NCBI GenBank assembly: GCA_965203805.1
Contig: OZ241917.1
Span: forward strand, 3,392,001-3,456,000
DNA: 64,000 nucleotides
Direction: 5' to 3'
Source: Candidatus Latescibacterota bacterium
Lineage (GTDB): Bacteria; Latescibacterota; UBA2968; GCA-2709665
The notes under the pieces are model-generated. The model did no database searches and was not told the DNA's origin. It was given only the letters and a program-made list of their open reading frames with translations. Position 1 is the stretch's first letter. Each line of letters opens with the position of its first letter. The translations under genes and the position numbers were made by a program. Positions 60,092 to 64,000 of this stretch are shown in pieces.

Positions 60092-61081
60092 GGCAAAACC
60101 TCCAAAAGCGGGGAGAGGGGAATAGCAGCAGTCAGCGGTCAGCAGTCAGCCTTCAGCAATCAGCTTGAGTCAAGAGCGAGAATCAAAAACAAGAGTCAAA
60201 TTCAACTTCCACATCTCCCCAAATTCCCTGAAGGCGGGGAGACGGGAGATGATCACTCGCGGCCACGGGACGACGATATGGCCGGGCGAGACCTCCTCCC
60301 TGATGCGCAGACCTCTCCCCCCTGCCTGCCGAAAAACCACCGCCAGGCAGGGACCCTCTCCTATAAGGAAAGGGTAACGAACGCCTCGCGATAGGATCCC
60401 GCTTTCCCCCTTCCTCACAGGAAGGGGGTAGGTCTCGAAAGGGGTAGACGTGAGATGAATGCCCTATGGTCTTTCTCGTCGTTACCATAGTCGGTAAAGA
60501 AACAGGCACGGTTAGCGTGAAAACACTGTGGTAACGTTTTCATCTACCGTCTACCGTCTTACGTCTCACCGAATTTACGCGTGCCGGTCATCTATAGATA
60601 CTCTGATTGACAGGAAATCGCCACCCGGCACATTTGCATGCCCAGTCCATCGACCCGTCACCGTTCCCCCTTCCTCGCAGGAAGGGGGTAGGTTGGTGGG
60701 TCTTTAAACGCTCCAGCGCGCAGGAACATCGCCGTACGGTTCCTTGTAAGTTCCTATCAAGCGAACGGTGGTGGTGTGGGGGGTTTTTCCGTGCAAATCC
60801 GTCCAGCAACATAGTTCCGGCAGGGCTGGTCCGGTGACAGGGCACCCAAATTCCAATTGCGCCACTGAGGTGGTTCACGGAAAAACCGGCCCCGCGCCGA
60901 GCGGCCTGCCTGCGCCGAAGCCTGCTCGGCAGGCAGGCGCCGTTCTTTTTGGTCCTTTTTCTTGGGCGCACAAGAAAAAGGACGTAAGTATAATATTAAT
61001 AACAGGTTATTACGAAAAAAATGACCTCGCGGACCCTGAGCGAAAAATCCCGTTGGTTTTATCCCCGCGTTTTCGGAGACA

Positions 61082-64000
61082 TCAATGGTACCAAACGTCC
61101 GCTATTCGCCATGTGTCCCCGGGCGCGACGTCGTAGATGTAAAATGGTTGCCCCGAAAACGACGACGCCTCGGCGGAATCGGCGAGCGTGAGCTTTCCCT
61201 TCTCGGCGGTCTTCAATCGAGTCCCGGTCTGTCCGCGGGTATGCGAAATCGTCTTCCCATCGAACAGGTCACGCACCACCTCCAGCTTCAGCATCGGGGT
61301 ATCCGTCAACAGCGTCGCGCCCTCTGCACCGGTAATCCGTCCCTCGCTCAGCAGAAAGTCCAACCTGTCCACGGAGATCCGGTACCGGCCCTCGCCGGCT
61401 TGCGCTATGTCCGTGATCTCGTATGACGAATTGCAGATGTAGTCCGGATGCGCGAGCACGATTGTCTGCCCCGTCAATGAACCGTCCACCGGCAGGGGGG
61501 CGCGGGACGTGACGACGATCCGCCGATCCTCGATCTCCACGGCATCCAGCTCCCCCGCCCATTCTCCCGCACCCTCCATCCCGACGTCTCCGAACCGGAA
61601 CGCCTTTCCATTCACCACCTGCGCCCGCGTGATGGAATCGCCATCCCGCTCCACAAACGCCCAGTCGCCCTCGAATCGATACGGCAGGCCGTCCGCCTCG
61701 CCTGCCACCACCCCGTCCGTTCCGTGTACGATATAGTGGACCCGTTCGCCGATCGCCACCCTCAGGCCCATGTCCTTGCCGCCGGCACGAAGCGCCGCGA
61801 CACTGTCAATATACGGCGTTCCGCAATACGGCTCGAGTACGCCCGTGAACCGGTTCTCCCTTCCTTCCCCGCCCGGTCGTCTCACGATCACGTGCCGGTC
61901 CCAGGGACTGTGGCCCTGAAGACCCGTCCCTTCGGCGAGCCCGGTAATGACCGTCGAACCCGCCCCACCGGTCATGTGGAGCCTGATGCCGGCGCCCGTT
62001 GCTTCCGTCCGCCAGGTTGCGTTGAACCCGCCAGCCGTCCGGACCCTCGCCACGTCCTTCACGAACCCGTACCCGGGCGCCTCACCGAACGGGACGTCCG
62101 CCCCGGCCAGTGTCCCGTCCGCCTGCATGTCCGCGGACCCGCCATCCTCCAGTTCGATTTCGAACCGTTCCGCGTTGTCTCCCGCCCAGCTGTGGAAGGT
62201 GTAATCGTGTTCCGTCCCGCCCGCAATCCGGAATAGATCGACCATATATGCCCGCTCTTCGTCCACCGGGACGAGCGCCACCGCCCTGCGGTACAGGTCC
62301 GCGAGACCGGGGTAGGCCCGCTCGCCCGACGCATCGGCCAGGCGCACCCACGGTCCGTCCGCGAACAGATTCAGACTGCCCGTTGCGAACACCTGGTTCC
62401 GGCCGTCGATCAGCGCGGTGCAGTGACTGGCCGTATGGGTTTCCCATCCGTCCTTTTTAGGCGCCACCCAGCTCGGCGGATATCCCAGGTCGGCGGACAG
62501 ATCGTACCCGTACGCGATCAGATTCACCGCCAGTTTGTCCATATGTCCGTGACCCCGGTTCCCCTTCCCGTAGTTCAGGACCACGTGCCGGCGGCTGGAT
62601 TGTTCATCGCCCGCGCGCAAGATGCAAAATCCCGAATCGTGCAGCACGTCGCTCCCGGGCGATAGATCTTCCGGCGCCCGTGTTTCGCTCCACGGTTCGC
62701 AATGGAACAACAGGTAGAGGTCGCCGCCCTTGCGCGCGGCGTCCGGATCTCCGCCCGTGCCCGAAAGGATACGCCGGGCATAATGGTCGCGCGCCTCGGG
62801 CAGGCGCAGGTAGCCAATCTCGTCTTCCAGCGAATAGGGCGTCCGCAACACGCTGCTCCTTCCACCGCCCGTATCCCCGATCAGCGGGACGCGCCCGTCG
62901 CAGTCCACCGCGCGGGCGAAGTCCATCATCTCCCGCAGCCGGAACCCGGGATCGCGATACAGGTCTACCGGCGACGCAACGTCCTGAAACCCAAGGGTCC
63001 ATTCGGCGGCATTCAGCGCCCCCCGTATATTGCCCGCGCCGTAGCCGATCGAGTCGTACCAGAACTTCCCGTCCCGGAAGAAACTGTTGGACATCACGTT
63101 GTAGAGACCCGTCGGCGCCTCCAGGGCCTGTCTGATCATCGCCCCGTTCTGCAGGCAGGCCCCAACCTCGAGTAACGCGTAGAGCGACGACGTCAGGAAA
63201 TCGCCGCCAGCGAGGGGCAGCGTCCGGTCCAGAAACTCATAGGCATACGCGAACAGGTTCCGGTGGATATTAAATATGATATCTCCTGTTGTCGCCGGTC
63301 CGTTCGCGACGTCTCGCGTCTGGAAGAACCCCACGAGGTCCTCGTCCTCCCGCATCGCCTCGAAGACCAGATCGTACGTCACCGCCACGTTATGCAGGAA
63401 GGACTGCTCCCGCCCCGACGCCTCGCCAACGTACCCCCGGATCGGGTCCTTGCTCCGGTCGTAGGCCTCGTATCCCTCCTTGATGCCCCGCAACCTCCCG
63501 TAAACGTCGGCCAGACGGTTCAACAGGATCCCCGCCTTGTGCGCGTACTTCCGTTCGCCCGTAAATGCGTAGGCCAGGGCCAGCGCCTGCGAGGCCGACC
63601 GCCCCTGGTGGCCCTCCCCGGTCTGCGGGGCATACGGGCTGGAGAACAGACGGTAGAGCAGGTAGCACCGGTACGCCCCCGTGAAATAGTACGTGACGCC
63701 GGCGTTCGGAAACCCCTCGGGGGCCACCCACCCCGGCCCGTCGTCCACCATTTGTACTGGTTCTCCCGTGCCCGGATTGACGATCTCGACGCCCTGGTAC
63801 CACCATTCGTCCCCCAGATTGCACCGCCACTGGTATGGATGCAGAAGATCCGCCTCGAACGTGGACCGGTTGCCGCCGTGAATCGGACACCCGTCGTACT
63901 GGGCCACGGTCAGCGCCATCGGATTCTGCGTGGGCACCATCGCATAGAGCGTCTCATCGGAGAATCCCGCCCAGAAGTCGGCGTCCCTCACGATCTCGTC
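61082..64000 (-). CDS. Heparinase II/III-family protein (5' end beyond the window)
   Basis: SGFCILR, GHGHMDKL, DLGYP, TASHCT, HDYTFH motifs; frame open at the window edge. Confidence 0.8.
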   Translation of the reverse strand, partial: DEIVRDADFWAGFSDETLYAMVPTQNPMALTVAQYDGCPIHGGNRSTFEADLLHPYQWRCNLGDEWWYQGVEIVNPGTGEPVQMVDDGPGWVAPEGFPNAGVTYYFTGAYRCYLLYRLFSSPYAPQTGEGHQGRSASQALALAYAFTGERKYAHKAGILLNRLADVYGRLRGIKEGYEAYDRSKDPIRGYVGEASGREQSFLHNVAVTYDLVFEAMREDEDLVGFFQTRDVANGPATTGDIIFNIHRNLFAYAYEFLDRTLPLAGGDFLTSSLYALLEVGACLQNGAMIRQALEAPTGLYNVMSNSFFRDGKFWYDSIGYGAGNIRGALNAAEWTLGFQDVASPVDLYRDPGFRLREMMDFARAVDCDGRVPLIGDTGGGRSSVLRTPYSLEDEIGYLRLPEARDHYARRILSGTGGDPDAARKGGDLYLLFHCEPWSETRAPEDLSPGSDVLHDSGFCILRAGDEQSSRRHVVLNYGKGNRGHGHMDKLAVNLIAYGYDLSADLGYPPSWVAPKKDGWETHTASHCTALIDGRNQVFATGSLNLFADGPWVRLADASGERAYPGLADLYRRAVALVPVDEERAYMVDLFRIAGGTEHDYTFHSWAGDNAERFEIELEDGGSADMQADGTLAGADVPFGEAPGYGFVKDVARVRTAGGFNATWRTEATGAGIRLHMTGGAGSTVITGLAEGTGLQGHSPWDRHVIVRRPGGEGRENRFTGVLEPYCGTPYIDSVAALRAGGKDMGLRVAIGERVHYIVHGTDGVVAGEADGLPYRFEGDWAFVERDGDSITRAQVVNGKAFRFGDVGMEGAGEWAGELDAVEIEDRRIVVTSRAPLPVDGSLTGQTIVLAHPDYICNSSYEITDIAQAGEGRYRISVDRLDFLLSEGRITGAEGATLLTDTPMLKLEVVRDLFDGKTISHTRGQTGTRLKTAEKGKLTLADSAEASSFSGQPFYIYDVAPGDTWRIADVWYH

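Overview
GC-rich bacterial chromosomal window. The gene repertoire (dockerin-like EF-hand secreted proteins, FlgD-type C-terminal domain, internalin-like LRR/cadherin/Fn3 protein, heparinase and sialidase, dense palindromic repeats) suggests a Latescibacterota/Gemmatimonadota-like, possibly sponge-associated organism; this is inference only. From 1 to 16.9 kb: a glycosylation-type locus (GT-C-like membrane protein, GT4, GT2, two tandem membrane-TPR paralogues) that also holds an atypical AddAB-like nuclease/helicase pair. From 16.9 to 44.5 kb: a mosaic accessory island bracketed by copies of a 191-bp TTAA-flanked MITE. It carries two paralogous all-in-one GAF-PAS-kinase-REC-wHTH regulators (one lacking the phospho-acceptor Asp), six ORFs with the same dockerin-like motif, CsgG/OMP genes, IS remnants, a repeated covarying RNA-like motif, and a truncated HTH-WYL gene flanked by two convergent paralogous ~70-aa Cys-rich microprotein genes. 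From 44.6 to 64 kb: a nonsense-interrupted membrane protein gene, a candidate anti-SD sRNA, a sigma54-driven hsp20, nested IS21 elements, a mazEF-type TA pair, and a heparinase/sialidase/SHMT-like/Hcy-methyltransferase cluster separated by mosaic repeats. A family of 27-33-nt CTGCCTGC...GGCAGG(C) micro-palindromes is inserted across the window, including in frame inside istA. No rRNA, tRNA or CRISPR array was seen. All calls are from visual motif reading; no database searches were run.
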